NCBI GenBank assembly: GCA_043228905.1
Contig: JBHGNT010000008.1
Coordinates: 1,426,001 to 1,490,000, forward strand
DNA: 64,000 nt
Source: Azolla caroliniana
Lineage: Eukaryota > Plantae > Polypodiophyta
Reading direction: 5' to 3'
A program made the position numbers and the translations under genes. Within the stretch, counting starts at the first letter, position 1, and every line of letters begins with the position of its first letter. Positions 1 through 12,560 of the stretch are shown in pieces. Under the pieces are notes generated by a model, which saw only the letters and a program-made list of their open reading frames with translations, was not told where the DNA came from and did no database searches.

Positions 1-869
1 GTCGTTCCTTTCCGGTCCTGCCCTCGCCGATCCGGACCTCTCCGGTCCGTGGCTCCCCGGTATGCACCGTTTCTCTCCGGTGACTTCTTCGAATCGGTGT
101 CGTCGGCTCCGTTGTCCTTACGGTAATGCCGACAATTCTTCCGGAAGTGCCCCGGCTTCCCACAGTGGAAGCATGTGGGTCTTCCTCTTGACTGCGACCG
201 GGTCCCCGACTTCTCCCGTCTTTGCGGACTCCGGTTCCATTGTCTTCCCCGATCCGATTCGGTAAGCAGCGCCTTCGGGTCGGAGGCCGGTTCTTTATCT
301 CTCCGACGCGCTTCTTCGTTCAAAATACTTGTCTTTACCGTTTGTAGAGACAAGTTATCTTCGGTGCAGGAGGTGCTGAGAGTCACCACCAAGTTCTCCC
401 AGCTGTCCGGCAATGTACACATCAGGATGATGGCTTGCATTGCATCCTCCAACGGGAACTTGATCGCCGCAAGCTGGTTCACGAATCCCATGAACGTGCT
501 TACGTGTTCCACCATACTCTCGCCGTCCCGGTACTTGAGGTTCACTATCTTTCTCATCAGGGAGGTCCGGTTCAACGCATTCTTCCTCTCGTAGAGGCCC
601 GACAGCTTCCTCCACATCTCATATGCGTTGGTGTCGTTCGCCACGTGTTGTAGAACGCTCACGTCGACGTATTGCCGAATGGTTGCAACGGCTTTCCGGT
701 TCAGAAGCCTCCACTCCGTCTCAAGTACCCCCTTGGGTATTTCCGACCTGTCGATCGGTTCATACAGGTCCCGAACAATGAGCAGATCCTCCATCTTTAT
801 CTTCCAGTCGGCGTAGTTCTGCGCATTTAGCACCATCATCCCCGGCTGCCCGCTGCTGCCGCCTTCCAT
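1..869 (-). CDS. gag: Copia gag-pol N-terminus (partial, open to the window edge)
   Basis: ATG at 869 (MEGGSSGQPGMMVLNAQNYADWKIKMEDLL...), matching the F polyprotein. Confidence 0.9.
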   Translation of the reverse strand, partial: MEGGSSGQPGMMVLNAQNYADWKIKMEDLLIVRDLYEPIDRSEIPKGVLETEWRLLNRKAVATIRQYVDVSVLQHVANDTNAYEMWRKLSGLYERKNALNRTSLMRKIVNLKYRDGESMVEHVSTFMGFVNQLAAIKFPLEDAMQAIILMCTLPDSWENLVVTLSTSCTEDNLSLQTVKTSILNEEARRRDKEPASDPKALLTESDRGRQWNRSPQRREKSGTRSQSRGRPTCFHCGKPGHFRKNCRHYRKDNGADDTDSKKSPERNGAYRGATDRRGPDRRGQDRKGT

Positions 870-1380
870 TTTCTGTGTTACCGTCGCTCTGATACCAGTT
901 TGTCGAAATTCCGTGCTCGGCCACAACCGAGGAACAGGATCGATTCACAGAAAACGGGAAATACAACAATGCACGAAAAACAATAGAGAGAAGGGCACAC
1001 TGGATGTTTCACGTGGAAAACCCTAAATGGGAAAAACCACGGGAGTGCAAGACTCCAACTATCACTATACGCGGGAATGTACAATGGCGAGCTGCAAGGC
1101 GACGACCTTGAGCTCGCTGTCCTCGCCACAGGCGGCGGTATTACACAGAGGCGTCGACCTCTTCCTTCCTCCTTCTCTCTCACACTCTCTCGGCTGCTCT
1201 CACTTCGCTCCCTCTTCGTGAAAACAGAAAATGAGCAACAACAACATAAAACTGTTTGCCCTAAGTCATATTTATACACATATGACTTTCGGGCTATTTA
1301 CAAATATAGCCTCAAGGGCTCTTGGCAAACATATTCACAAATATGTCCCCGGAGCCGGATCTCTCTCCGGGTACACTCAT

Positions 1381-1575
1381 CATCCGGCTCCGTAGCCGGG
1401 GTCTTCATCATCCGGCTCCGTAGCCGGGTCTTCGTCATCCGGCTCCGTAGCCGGGTCTTCGTCATCCGGCTCCGTAACCGGGTCTTCGTCATCCGGCTCC
1501 GTAACCGGGGTCTCTTCATCCGGCTTCATGCCGGGTACTATTCATCATCCGGTTCCGTAATCGCAACCGGGCTTG
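1381..1575. repeat. 27-bp tandem repeat in U3 of the A LTR
   Basis: Five copies of CATCCGGCTCCGTA(G/A)CCGGGTCTTCGT-like units plus two degenerate copies. Confidence 0.9.
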
Positions 1576-1624
1576 CCGTCATTCATCTCCGGACATCCCA
1601 TCCGGAGGGACCGAAATCCCAACA

Positions 1625-2459
1625 GCATCCTTAATGAAAATCGACAAAAGCCTGGCGTGAAGTTGGAGAAATGTATCCTCGTAGGATACTCGTCTGAGAA
1701 GAAGGCATACACGTGCTTTAACCCCTCGACCCAAGCGGTTTGGGTGAGTCGAGATGTAGTCTTCGACGAATCGACATCTTGGTATAAGCCCAATTCGGCT
1801 ACGTCCTACTCGACCAAGGAAGAGTTGAACATAAACTCGGAGGACGATATTCGGACAAGTCCTCTACCAAAGGACAATCCAAGCCCATCCGAGCCTTCAA
1901 GCATTCTAAGCACGTTGTGGCCAAGTTCACACTTGGACAAAGACAAAGGTAAGATGCCCGAATATGAAGTCGATCACCCCGATGACAATGATTCGGTGTG
2001 TTGGCTACCTCATTAGACAGTGAGTTTGGTGTACCCATCATGCGGACATCCGGAGTAAAGAAGGCGCTCACATCGGCGAGCAAAAAACTTCGACGGTCAT
2101 CTTGAGAGAAGAAGCCTGTCACTCAGCTCGGCTACAACAAGTACATGGCCCATCATTATGCCTTTGCGATGAAGGTAACGGCCAAACAAGAGCTCGAGAG
2201 CCCGAGAGCTTGTGATCCACGATGGGTGGAAGTAGTCAGCCTTCTCCCACTTCACACTACCAGCCTTTGTCACCAGCTTGAGGGGGAGGAACCGAGACTG
2301 CCTTAGAAAGGCCGAAGAAAGCTGACGAAAGCCAAAGTGGACGTCCGACGCCTCACACTTGAGCTTGAGGGGGCATGTTGAGATACCAAGCTCAACTAGG
2401 TTTAATTATTTAGTCAACCATGTAACTTCGTAGTTACCTAGATAGAATCTAGTTAGAAG
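1625..2459 (+). mobile_element. Internally deleted Copia remnant (integrase C-terminus, PPT, start of 3' LTR)
   Basis: KCILVGYS..SRDVVFDE motif and no RT/RNase H. PPT GAGGGGGCA precedes an LTR start TGTTGAGATACC at 2376 that matches the solo LTR at 35909. Confidence 0.8.
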
Positions 2460-2516
2460 TGTTGATTATAAATTTGTAAATAAATGGAGCTAGTGGCGTA
2501 ATGCAGGTAAGGCAAA

Positions 2517-2518
<2 letters not shown>

Positions 2519-2567
<49 letters not shown>
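2519..2567. repeat. (AG)n microsatellite in the C LTR
   Basis: Direct inspection. Confidence 0.95.
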
Positions 2568-2570
<3 letters not shown>

Positions 2571-3141
2571 ATGACTGTATCAGTATGTTATATTAATCAA
2601 AATACTTCAACAGTAACCAAGTTACAAGGGGTTGGTTTAAATACCAACTTGTTGAGCGGCAAGCTCAACCGGATCCGGATCGGCTGAGTAAGCTTGAGCC
2701 AGATCGGCATCCAGAAGGGTGAGCCAGTGAGCTGGGGAGCCGGTTAGCTGGATCAAGCAGTAACCGAAAGCCAAGTAGCAGCTAGTCTACTAGGGAGTTA
2801 ATATCTCGTAGTTAGTGTCAGACGCTCGTGTGAGCATTGAAGTACACCGTACTTCTGTCAGTCTGGATGGACTTGTATAAAAGTGTTCATTGAACACATA
2901 CAATGTATAGACCGAGTAGTATTTTTGAATTGAGTTTCTGTGTGCTCTCTCTTTGTCTCTGTCTCTCCCGCGTACTGTTAAGCTCTCCATTAAACTTGTT
3001 TTCTGCTTTCTGTTTTCTATTGCTTCCGCACGCTATTTGTTTCTACATGGTATCAGAGCGCGAGGGTTGAGAACCTCTGCAGCTGACATTCACTTTCGCA
3101 AGAAGAAAACCTAACCTTTGTAAAGAACAAAAGAAAAACAA

Positions 3142-6100
3142 ATGGATAGAGGAATGACTAGCTTGCTCCCGGTGGAGAAGCTCGACAGATCCAACTACGC
3201 ATCTTGGTCATACAAGATGCACCAGTACCTACTTGGGCATGGTTATTGGAGCTATGTCAACGGAGCTAATGACACAACACCTGATGCGGCACACAAGGAC
3301 TTCCCGGTGTGAGAACAATCGACAAGCAGAGTGATGTACTGCTTTGTGTCCAGTGTCGGAGACCAGCTGCTGAGCCACGCCCGAGATGCCAAGACACCGA
3401 AAGAGGCTTGGGGAAACTTGAAGAAGGTGTTCGCCGCAAACACTACATCCCGGAAGCTGCAACTCCGACAGAAGTTGAGCAATGTCCAGTAGAAGGACAT
3501 GTCGGTGGTTGATTACACGGCCCGAATCAAAGAGATCAGTGACTCGCTTGCCTCTATCAACGTCATAATAGAGGAAGACGAGATGGTATAGGTCTGTCTT
3601 GGGGGCCTGGCGTCTAAGTTCTGAGCTTTCCGGACAACAATATGTATGAGGGAGAATACACCGTCATTTTTTGACTTACAGTCGATGCTCCTTGTAGAGG
3701 AGAACCACGCCGGTGCGTCAACAAGTGCACCCACCGATAACCGGATGCTGTACACGGAGGAGGATCGGCCCCGTGGGCATGGTGGACAAGGTGGGTCGGC
3801 ACGCAATGGAGGCGGCCGGCAAGGGCAAGACCGACGACACAGAGACCGTGCCGACAACAGTTTAGGGACCTCCACAACTAGGGGGAGTCAAGTTGGCGCC
3901 GGAGGCCGACAAGACAAATCCGCCACGGAATGCTGGTATTGTGGCAAAAAGGGCCACAAAGAAAGCGAGTGCTTGAAGAAGTGTGCCGATTCGGACAGAT
4001 CTGGATCTGGAAAAACTGGTCGGGAGAACCGGCAAAGCTCGCACTACGCGCAAGGATCGAAAGGATCTGGAACCGGGAAGACCGGTAAGGGGCCAGCCTT
4101 GGTGATGAAGCACGAGGCAAATTCGATGAAGAAGACCACTTCCAAATCAGAGGAAGTGTGGTATGTTGATTCCGGTGCATCAAATCACATGAAGAACCAC
4201 AAAGAGTGGTTCTCCTTCTTGGAGGGTTTAGGGTTTAGGGTTTAGGGTTCTCCTTCTTGGAGAAACCGGAACAACCGGGAGTTGTCGAAACCGGAGACGA
4301 CACTCCTCACCCAATCGTGCGTATTGGTGAAGTCCCTTTGAGCCACGTCAGACAAAGGGGGAAGCTGATGAACATATTACATGTTCTGACTATCACGAAG
4401 AACCTGGTGTCGGTCGGACAAATCGTCGACCAGGGAATGTAGGTGCGGTTTACGCACCTTGGGTGCTTCATCGAGGAGGAGGGCCAGATTATTGCGCAAG
4501 GGCGCAGAGACGGGAGGATGTTCATCCTCGACACCAATGACGTCGGCACTGCTTTGTTCACCAAAGGACAGAAGATTGAATCGGACATCGATCTCTGGCA
4601 TAAGCGGATCGGCCATGTCAATTACGGGAGGCTTCAAGACCTGCAAACGAAACAAGTTGTTTTCGGTTTGCCGAAGTTCAATGGCCAGAAGGCCCAAGTA
4701 TGTGAAGCCTGCCAACTTGGGAAGCAACACCAGCTTTCATTCCCCACCGAACGAAAGCGTAGCCGTAACAAGCTCGACCTTATTCATTCGGATGTATGGG
4801 GACCGACACAGAACGTGAGTCTTGGCGGGAGTCGATACTTTGTCTCCTTCATCGACGACTATAGCCGGCACACATGGATCTACCTCATTGAGCGGAAGAG
4901 CGAATTCTTTGACTATTTCTGGAACCTCCAAAGCATGGTGGAGCGGGAATCGGAGAGGAAGATCAAGTGCCTGCGGTCAGATGGCGGAAAAGAATATTTT
5001 TCCGACCAATTCAACAATTATCTACAGCAAACAGGAATTCAGAGAGAGTTCAGCTGCAGATACACACTAAAGCAAAATGGTGTGGCCGAAAGGAAGAACC
5101 GGTCGCTTGTCGACGCGGCAAGGGCAATGCTGGAAGAGAAGACAATGCCCCATTTCTACTGGGCAGAGGCGGTCCGGACGGCCGTCTACATCCAAAACCG
5201 GATCGGTGACAAGGTGTCCGCGCATGAGCTGTATTTCGGGCGCAAGCTGAATTTGAGACACCTTCGGATTTTCGGCAGCATAGCATATGTGCATGTGCCG
5301 GATGAGAAGCGGAGGAAGTTGGATGCAAAATCGGAGAAGTGCATCCTCGTCGGCTACTGACATGAGCAAAAGGGGTATAAGTGTTATAACCTCCGGATGA
5401 AGCAGGTCTGAGTTAGCCGCGATGTTGAGTTTGATTAGACGGCATCATGGTATGCCTTACCGGCTCCGACTTTCGACCCCGACCCGATATCGGAGGATGA
5501 GGCTAGTGAGCCTGAACCGGTCCAGATAGAAGATGATGAATCCGAGACTCAAGAAGAGAGTCTGGAATCGTTTCGGTTGAGTGGGCCGAACGAGAAACTA
5601 GGTCAATCCGACCAGTTAGAAGAGGAACCGGCGAGTAGTGAAGACTCTGCCGTGCTCTCCCCGTGCAAGGAACCGAGGAGACGGTTCACGCGCAAAGAGA
5701 AGGGGAAGAAGAAGATGCTGGATTCTGAAACTGGTAATGATGAGTCGGATCAGAGCGGATCCGACTCCGGAAAGGAAAATGACGGCTCTTCGGCACCGAA
5801 GACCGAACCGGCCAAGAAGGGCCTCAAACCGGGTAACGGTGGGTACAATGAGTACATGGCGCATTACTATGTGTACATGATCCAGGTGGCGGAAGTGCGT
5901 GAGCCGGAGAGCTACGCAGAAGCGGCAAGGGATGCAAATTGGCGTGCCGCTATGAGGACGAGATGCGGGCACTTGATGCCAACGATACATGGGACCTGGT
6001 TGACCCTCCCCATCACAATAAACTGATCGGATGCAAGTGGGTGTACAAGGTAAAGTACAACGCCGATGGTTCAGTTAACCAGTACAAGGCCCGGTTAGTG

Positions 6101-7660
6101 GCAAAGCAATACGCGTAGACCCACAGAATCAACTACGATGAGACCTTCGCTCCGGTAGCGAAGATGACGACGGTTCGTGTAGTGCTGGCGGTTGCTGCAG
6201 CAAGGGAGTGGCATCTTCACCAGATGGACGTGAAGAATGCATTTCTTCAAGGCGATCTAGAAGAAGAGGTCTTTATGACCCAACCTCCCGGTTTTCAGTC
6301 GGAGATGAACAAGTCGGCTGTATGCCGGCTGAAGAAGTCACTTTATGGCCTGAAGCAAGCCCCCCGAGCTTGGAATGCAAAGATTACACACCGGTTGCGT
6401 ATGTTGAGGTTTGCGGCCTCCAAGTCCGACTCTTCGTTGTTCATCCAGCAAAGTCCGGACGGTCCGGTTTGCATCTTGCTGTATGTTGATGATCAAGTCA
6501 TCACTGGACCTGGACTCGATGAAATCAGCTGAGTCAAGTCCCAGCTGTCGGACGCATTTGAGATGAAGAACTTGGGGGACCTTCACTATTTCCTTGGGAT
6601 CGAGGTGATCCGAACCCCCGACGACATATTGCTCTCACAAAGACACTATGTGTTGAATATGCTATACAAGTTCGGCATGACGAAATGCCGCCCTATTTCT
6701 ACACCCTTGGACCGGAAATAGAAGCTCTGTCCCAACTCCAGACCGACCTGCGATGAAAAACGGTTCCGACAAATTGTCAGAAGCCATATATATTTGACCA
6801 TCAACCGACCCGACATCAGCTATCCAGTCGGTGTGATTAGTCAATTCATGCAGAAGCCGACTGTCGAGCATCTTCAGTGCGCGCATTGAAAACTACGGTA
6901 TGTGAGCGGCACGAAGGACCGAGGACTGTTATACCGGCGAGGTATGACCGAAGAGCTAGTCGGCTACACGGATGCCGACTAGGCCGACGATGCATCAGAT
7001 CGCCGTTCCACTTCCGGCTATATGTTTTCCCTTGGTAGCACGGCTGTTGCGTGGAGCAACAAAAAGCAGCCAACAGTGGCTCTATCGAGCACTGACGCTG
7101 AATACCGGGGCACTACCGTTGCCACCTGTGAAGCCATTTGGCTTCGACGACTGCTGCAAGACCTACGGATCGAGGTGCCGACCCCGATCCTGATCTATTG
7201 CGACAACATAAGCAGCATGCAGCTCGCCAAGAACCCCGTATTCCATGCTCACACAAAGCACATCGAAGTGCACTACCACTTCATGCGTGAGCGTGTCCTG
7301 AGCGGTGAAGTCGAACTTCAGTATGTTGATACAGATCGGCAAGTTGCTAACATCGTCACCAAACCGCTCGGATCGGACAAGTTGCAGCACTTCGCCGAAA
7401 TGCTTGGTGTTCAGCATTTCGACGTGCCACACTTGAGGGGGAGAATGGGCAAAGACACCACCAGAACGGGCAAAGGCAAAGAGACTGCCGATTGCGCTGG
7501 TGGGGGAAGAACTGACAAGGGGAGAGACAGGAAGAAGAAAGGAGCCGAGTCGACAAAGGAAGTTGACACATCCGAACAAGCGGTAGCGGAGGCAAAGTCA
7601 AGAAGGACAGAGTCAACCGGAAGAAGAAGGCCAAGACCCAGACATGGTCCGATGTGGTGA
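3142..7660 (+). pseudogene. Copia B gag-PR-IN-RT-RH polyprotein, disrupted
   Basis: CWYCGKKGH knuckle, DSGASNHM protease, HSDVWGP/SDGGKEY integrase, HQMDVKNAFL/YVDD RT and YCDN RNase H motifs, with many stops. Confidence 0.93.
4225..4245 (+). repeat. Short interstitial telomeric sequence (GGTTTAG)3
   Basis: Flanked by the 17-bp direct repeat GGTTCTCCTTCTTGGAG (4208-4224 / 4246-4262). Confidence 0.92.
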
Positions 7661-10306
7661 AGGGTCTGGAACCAGAAGACGAATCTGGAGCAACCGATTC
7701 GGACAAGAGTCAGAATGAATTGGAGATAGCTGATTCGGTTCTACAGAAGGATTTGGAAGAACCGGATCAATTCAAGGACAAGAGGACAAGAAGGCAACAA
7801 AAGTCGACGCCAACACGAAGGGATCGGCGAATCGACAAAAGCCAAAGTCACAACAGTGAGGGAGCTAAATTGGGCCTGTTGAGTAGACAAGCCGACCAAG
7901 GAAGTCGAGGTGTGCAGGAACAGAAGGGTCGCGGCAAACAGGACTGGACCGGACGAGGAGCGCGAGCGAGGCGGAGTGACGCTAGAAGGAACCACGTGGA
8001 AGGACCGACTGCCATAGAGACTAACACTACGATTCGACCTCAAATTGAGCTTGAGGGGGAGTGTTGAGCGGCAAGCTCGACCGGATCCGGATCGGCATCC
8101 AGAAGGGTGAGCCGGTGAGCTGGGGAGCCGGTTAGCTGGATCAAGCAGTAACCAGAAGCCAAGTAGTAGCTAGTCTACTAGGGAGTTAATATCTCGTAGT
8201 TAGTGTCAAACGCTCGTGTGAGCATTAAAGTACACTGTACTTCTGTCAGTCCGGATGGACTTGTATAAAAGTGTTCACTGAAGACATACGATGTATAGAC
8301 TGAGTAGTATTTTTGAATTGAGTTTCTATGTGCTCTCTGTCTCTGTCTCTGTCTCTCCCGTGTACTGTTAAGCTTTCCATTAAACCTGTTTTCTGTTTTC
8401 TATTGCTTTTGCACACTATTTGTTTCTACACAACTAAACTAGGGCCAATGCCCTTTCTACTATTTACAAAAATAGCATGGTATGACCATAAGCTAGTGTG
8501 AAACCTATTATTATGGGAAGTTGAGTTCGACTCTCAACACGCCCCTTCGAACACAACTTCCATCTGTCGAAAAGTTGTTTCGGTTCGGTCTTCGGAATTC
8601 GGCTTCCGACTTCGTGCTTGGTTTGATTAACTACGTGTTGTGTACTCACATATTGTTGCATGTGGCATATCGTTTTGTATTGCGTACATTGTCGTACTCC
8701 CCCTCAAGCTTGGCAATGTGGATGTCGTGAGACCAAGGTTCGATGCGAATTGCCCGAGCTGGGTAGATATTACTCATGTTGTCGCAGAAGAGGCGAATTG
8801 AATCCATAATGGGAACGCCTAGATCCTTCAGTATGCGCTTGAGCCATACGGCTTCGCATACGACGACTATCGCGCCCCTATATTCGGCTTCCGTGCTTGA
8901 CAATGCGACTGTCGGTTGCTTCTTACTACTCCAGGAGATCGTTCTACTGCTGAGGGAGAAAACGAATCCGGATGTGGATCGTCTATCCGCTTTGTATCCT
9001 GCCTAGTCCGCGTCTATGTATCCTTCAAGTCAAATGGTCGTATTTGACTTATACATAATGTCGTAATCCATCGTAGTACATCGTAGTACTGACATAGCAG
9101 AGTATCCTCTTAGGGTAATCGAGATGACGGTCTCGCGGAGTCTGCATGAATTGGCTAAGTAGGCCGACCGAATAACTGAGATCGGGTCGCGTAATGGTGA
9201 GATAGATTAAGCTGCCAATCAGTTGACGATACTGAGTTGACTTACACACGGTTGTGCCGGAATCGGCATCCATCTTGAGATTACGATCAAGAGGGGTGGA
9301 CACAGGTTTGCATTCGGTCATTCCGAACTTGTAGAGCAAGTTGAGAGCGTAGTGTTGTTGAGAGATCATTATTCCGACTGGTGTCCAAATTACTTCAATG
9401 CCTAGGAAGTAATGGAGCTCGTGCAGGTCTTTCATTTCGAATATGCCAGAGAGAAGTGATTTGACTTTGTTAATCTCGACGAGAACCGTTTCTCTGATGA
9501 CCAAATTATCCACTTAAAGGATGATAACAATCGGGCTATCCGACTCGTTTCGGATGTACAGGGAAGTATCAGATTTTGACATTCGAAATCCGATCTGATG
9601 AAGATACTGCGTGATCTTCGAGTGCCACACACGGGGTGCTTGTTTGAGGCCGTATAGTGGTTCTTGGGGCGGCACACGACGTTTGGATGATTACGCGATT
9701 CAAAACCGGGTGGTTGGATCATGTATACCTCTTCTTCCAATTCGCCTTGAAGAAAGGCTTTCTTGACGTCCATCTGGTGGAGGTCCCACCCTTTTGCTGC
9801 CGCGATTGCAATTACGGTTCGCATGGTTGTCATCTTTGCCACCGGGGCAAAGGTCTCTTCGTAGTCTACGTCGTGCGTTTGCGCGTATCCTATCATAATG
9901 AGCCGTGCTTTAAAGCGATTTACGGAGCCGTCGGCATTGTGTTTCACTTTGTAAATCCACCTGTAGCCGATTGCTTTCTTGTTTGGAGGATGAGGAACGA
10001 GATCCCAGGTCTTGTTTTTGCATAACGCTTCCATTTCCTCATTCATCGCATCGACCCATCACGGATCCTTTACGGCTTTGGAAAGTGTCTCTGGCTCCCG
10101 TACTGACGCTACCTTCATCATAAAGGCATAGTGGTACACCATATAATCGTTGTAGCCGAAATAGCTTATGGGGTTCTTTTCACGGGTCGATCGGTGGAGC
10201 TTCTCGTTTGCCGATACTAAGGCTTTCTTCACTCCATCTGTTCGGATGATAAGGATGTCCAGGCCTTCAAACTCACTGTCAAGGGAATGAGTTGACGCTG
10301 TCGCGT

Positions 10307-10831
10307 TGTTACGCGCGTGCGTGTAGAAGGGGGGGGACCACGGGGGTCTTGGACTAGGGAGTAGAGGAGAAAGAATAAGATATGTTTGGAAGCTTAGCTC
10401 AAGAGGGGAAGAAGAAAGAATAAGATCACGACATAGAAGGAGAGATCGGCGGAGGTAAGATACCCAACAAGATATATCAAAGCAAACGAATGATTACAAC
10501 AATGGTGGCCGCATGGGCCGCACCAAACGACTATGAGAAAACCATAACCAAGGATGAATAAGGAAACCCTAAACAAAACCCTAACCCTAAAACGGTAAGA
10601 ACTCTAGACTAAGTGGTATACCTTTCATACACAAAAATAGGCAACCCCTTCATAAGTGACCCCTCCCTTCCTTTTATAGCCCAAGGAGGGAGGGACTTTA
10701 CAATGTGGGATAAAATTTCCCATCTTATTTCTATACACCATTCCCTAGTATACTTGTGCACATGTTGCACACCGCCGACTTGCCCATTCCACCCCGGTTT
10801 CCCTCTATGGACGAAAATCTTCACGACAACA
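10307..10831. mobile_element. Probable solo LTR inserted in C
   Basis: TGTT...AACA termini. Interrupts the C reading frame, which resumes after it. TSD is imperfect. Confidence 0.65.
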
Positions 10832-11192
10832 CGTTGTCGATTGGATCTTCGTATTTGGACATCTTGGCCTTCCCTTTGTCAAGTTTCGGACTCGGTCAAA
10901 ATGTGCTTTGGTCACTCGGGGGCTCCCGTGGTCCACTAAGCCGTGTCGTAATCGGGCTTTCTTCGAACATGCGTGTGAGCCGATCTTCGTCTTCTATCTC
11001 CATTTCGGCGGATTCCGGGTCGAGCGGAGTCAAAGTGGAAGTTGTTTCTAGTGCGTACCATGATGCGGACTCGTCGAAGATTACGTCTCCACTTGTTCGA
11101 GCTTTTTGGGTTGATGGGTTGTAGCATTTGTACCCCTTCTGTTTGAGTGAGTATCCTACGAGGATACATTTCTCCGACTTCGGGTTGAGCTT

Positions 11193-11625
11193 TGTTAACT
11201 CTTAGGGCCGGACAATGGCCTAACACAGGGTGTCTATGGAAGACACTTCACCAAAGGGGTGTTACGGCAACAGGATTAGACTCAACGATTAATCCGACTT
11301 AATTAGGTTACTTAACATGATCGTCTTTAATAATCACACGCGTAAGATATAACAATGAATGCAGAACGGAAATTAACACAGAGAGATAACAACACTGAGC
11401 TTTATTAATTAACCGCTGTTCATTACATTGTATCCGGGCCTTTAAATAGGTTTCCGGTCTTTATTACAAAACGGTGCCATCCGCACCTGTTCGGGATCGG
11501 TCCGGATCCGGAACGGCATACCGATTCCGGTCCGTCCATCCACACTCATAGCTTACTTACAACCATTCCTACTAATTAAATAACTCCCCGTTTCACACTT
11601 TGGACTCCTTTGCCGGCCGGTAACA
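11193..11625 (-). mobile_element. Solo LTR of the Gypsy G family
   Basis: Highly similar to 24224-24658 and 33749-34183; TSD AGCTT (11188-11192 / 11626-11630). Confidence 0.96.
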
Positions 11626-12560
11626 AGCTTTTGTCGTGTATCGTCGGGAATATGTACATAGGTGATAGAGCCAAAAATGCGGACATGTGGTAAGTTCGGC
11701 TTTTTGCCAAAGAACTTGTCATGAGGAGTTATGTCATGTACTCCTGAGGTTATGCACCTATTCATGAGGTATACAACCATGTTGACCGCTTCTGCCCAGT
11801 ACGATGTCGGTAGGTTCTTCTCATTCATCATAGCCCATGCGACTTCTACTATGTGCCAGTTTTTAAGCTCAGCTACGCTGTTCTGCTGAGGTGTGTGATG
11901 ACATGAGAATTCTCGTCGTATTCCTTCCTTTCGGAGATATGTTGTAAACTCATCCGAAAAGTATTCTTTGCCTCCATCCGATTGAAGGCAACGAACGTGT
12001 CGACCCGTAGTTTTTTCCACTTCGGCCTTGAACCTCTGGAAGTGTCCGAACACATCGCTCTTCTGTCTCATCGGGTAGATCTAGGTGTCCCTGGAGAAGT
12101 CATCGATGAACGTGACGTAATATCGGCATACACCAAGTGTGCTTATTTGGGCCGGTCCCCATACATCTGAATGTATGACATCCATGATCCCTTTGCCCAC
12201 ATTCCGCTCTTTCGGGAATGGATGTCGGCGTTGCTTTCCGAATTGGCATGCTTTGCATACGCCCGTAATCTCCTTCACGGTGAAGTTCGGGAGTCCGATT
12301 ACGACTCCTTTCAACTGCATGTTTTGAAGCTTCTAGAGATTGATGTGACCAATTATCTTGTGCCACAAGTCTAGGTCAGTTTCAACTTTGAGGCCCTTTG
12401 CAAATAGGGTCGATTTTACCTTGTTCGATTCGAGGACAAACATACGGCCTTCACGACGGTCGTGGGCTATGACTTGATCTCCTCTTTCGATAAAGCACTC
12501 ATCATTGTTGAATTGTACCTGCATTCTTTGTTCGACAATCTGGCCGACCGAGACCAGGTT

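Larger units (their letters stand above)
1..1624 (-). mobile_element. Ty1/Copia element A (same family as F), 5' part; runs off the left edge
   Basis: LTR 901-1624 with TG..CA on the minus strand. PBS TGGTATCAGAGC at 886-897. gag is nearly identical to the reverse complement of 18105-18975. Confidence 0.95.
2650..8430 (+). mobile_element. Full-length Copia element B inserted in the LTR of C
   Basis: LTRs 2650-3047 and 8062-8430; TSD CAACT (2645-2649 / 8431-8435); tRNA-iMet PBS 3048-3059; PPT 8053-8061. Confidence 0.97.
2460..12560 (-). mobile_element. Copia element C (degenerate, 5' part lost), carrying B and two solo LTRs
   Basis: 3' LTR 2460-8539 is split by B; PPT at 8540-8548. RNase H 8646-8903, RT 9049-10046 and integrase 11630-12560, with stops and frameshifts. 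Confidence 0.9.

Noticed and set aside
1381-1575. CRISPR-like regular repeats
   Set aside because: Contiguous tandem units with no unique spacers, inside a Copia U3.
1077-1634. 185-aa ORF with RLRSRVFVI repeats (and ORF 22125-22694)
   Set aside because: Translation of the 27-bp LTR repeat on the antisense strand.
10564-10591. AAACCCTAA telomere-like motifs
   Set aside because: Scattered telo-box-type motifs, common in plant LTRs; no flanking duplication.
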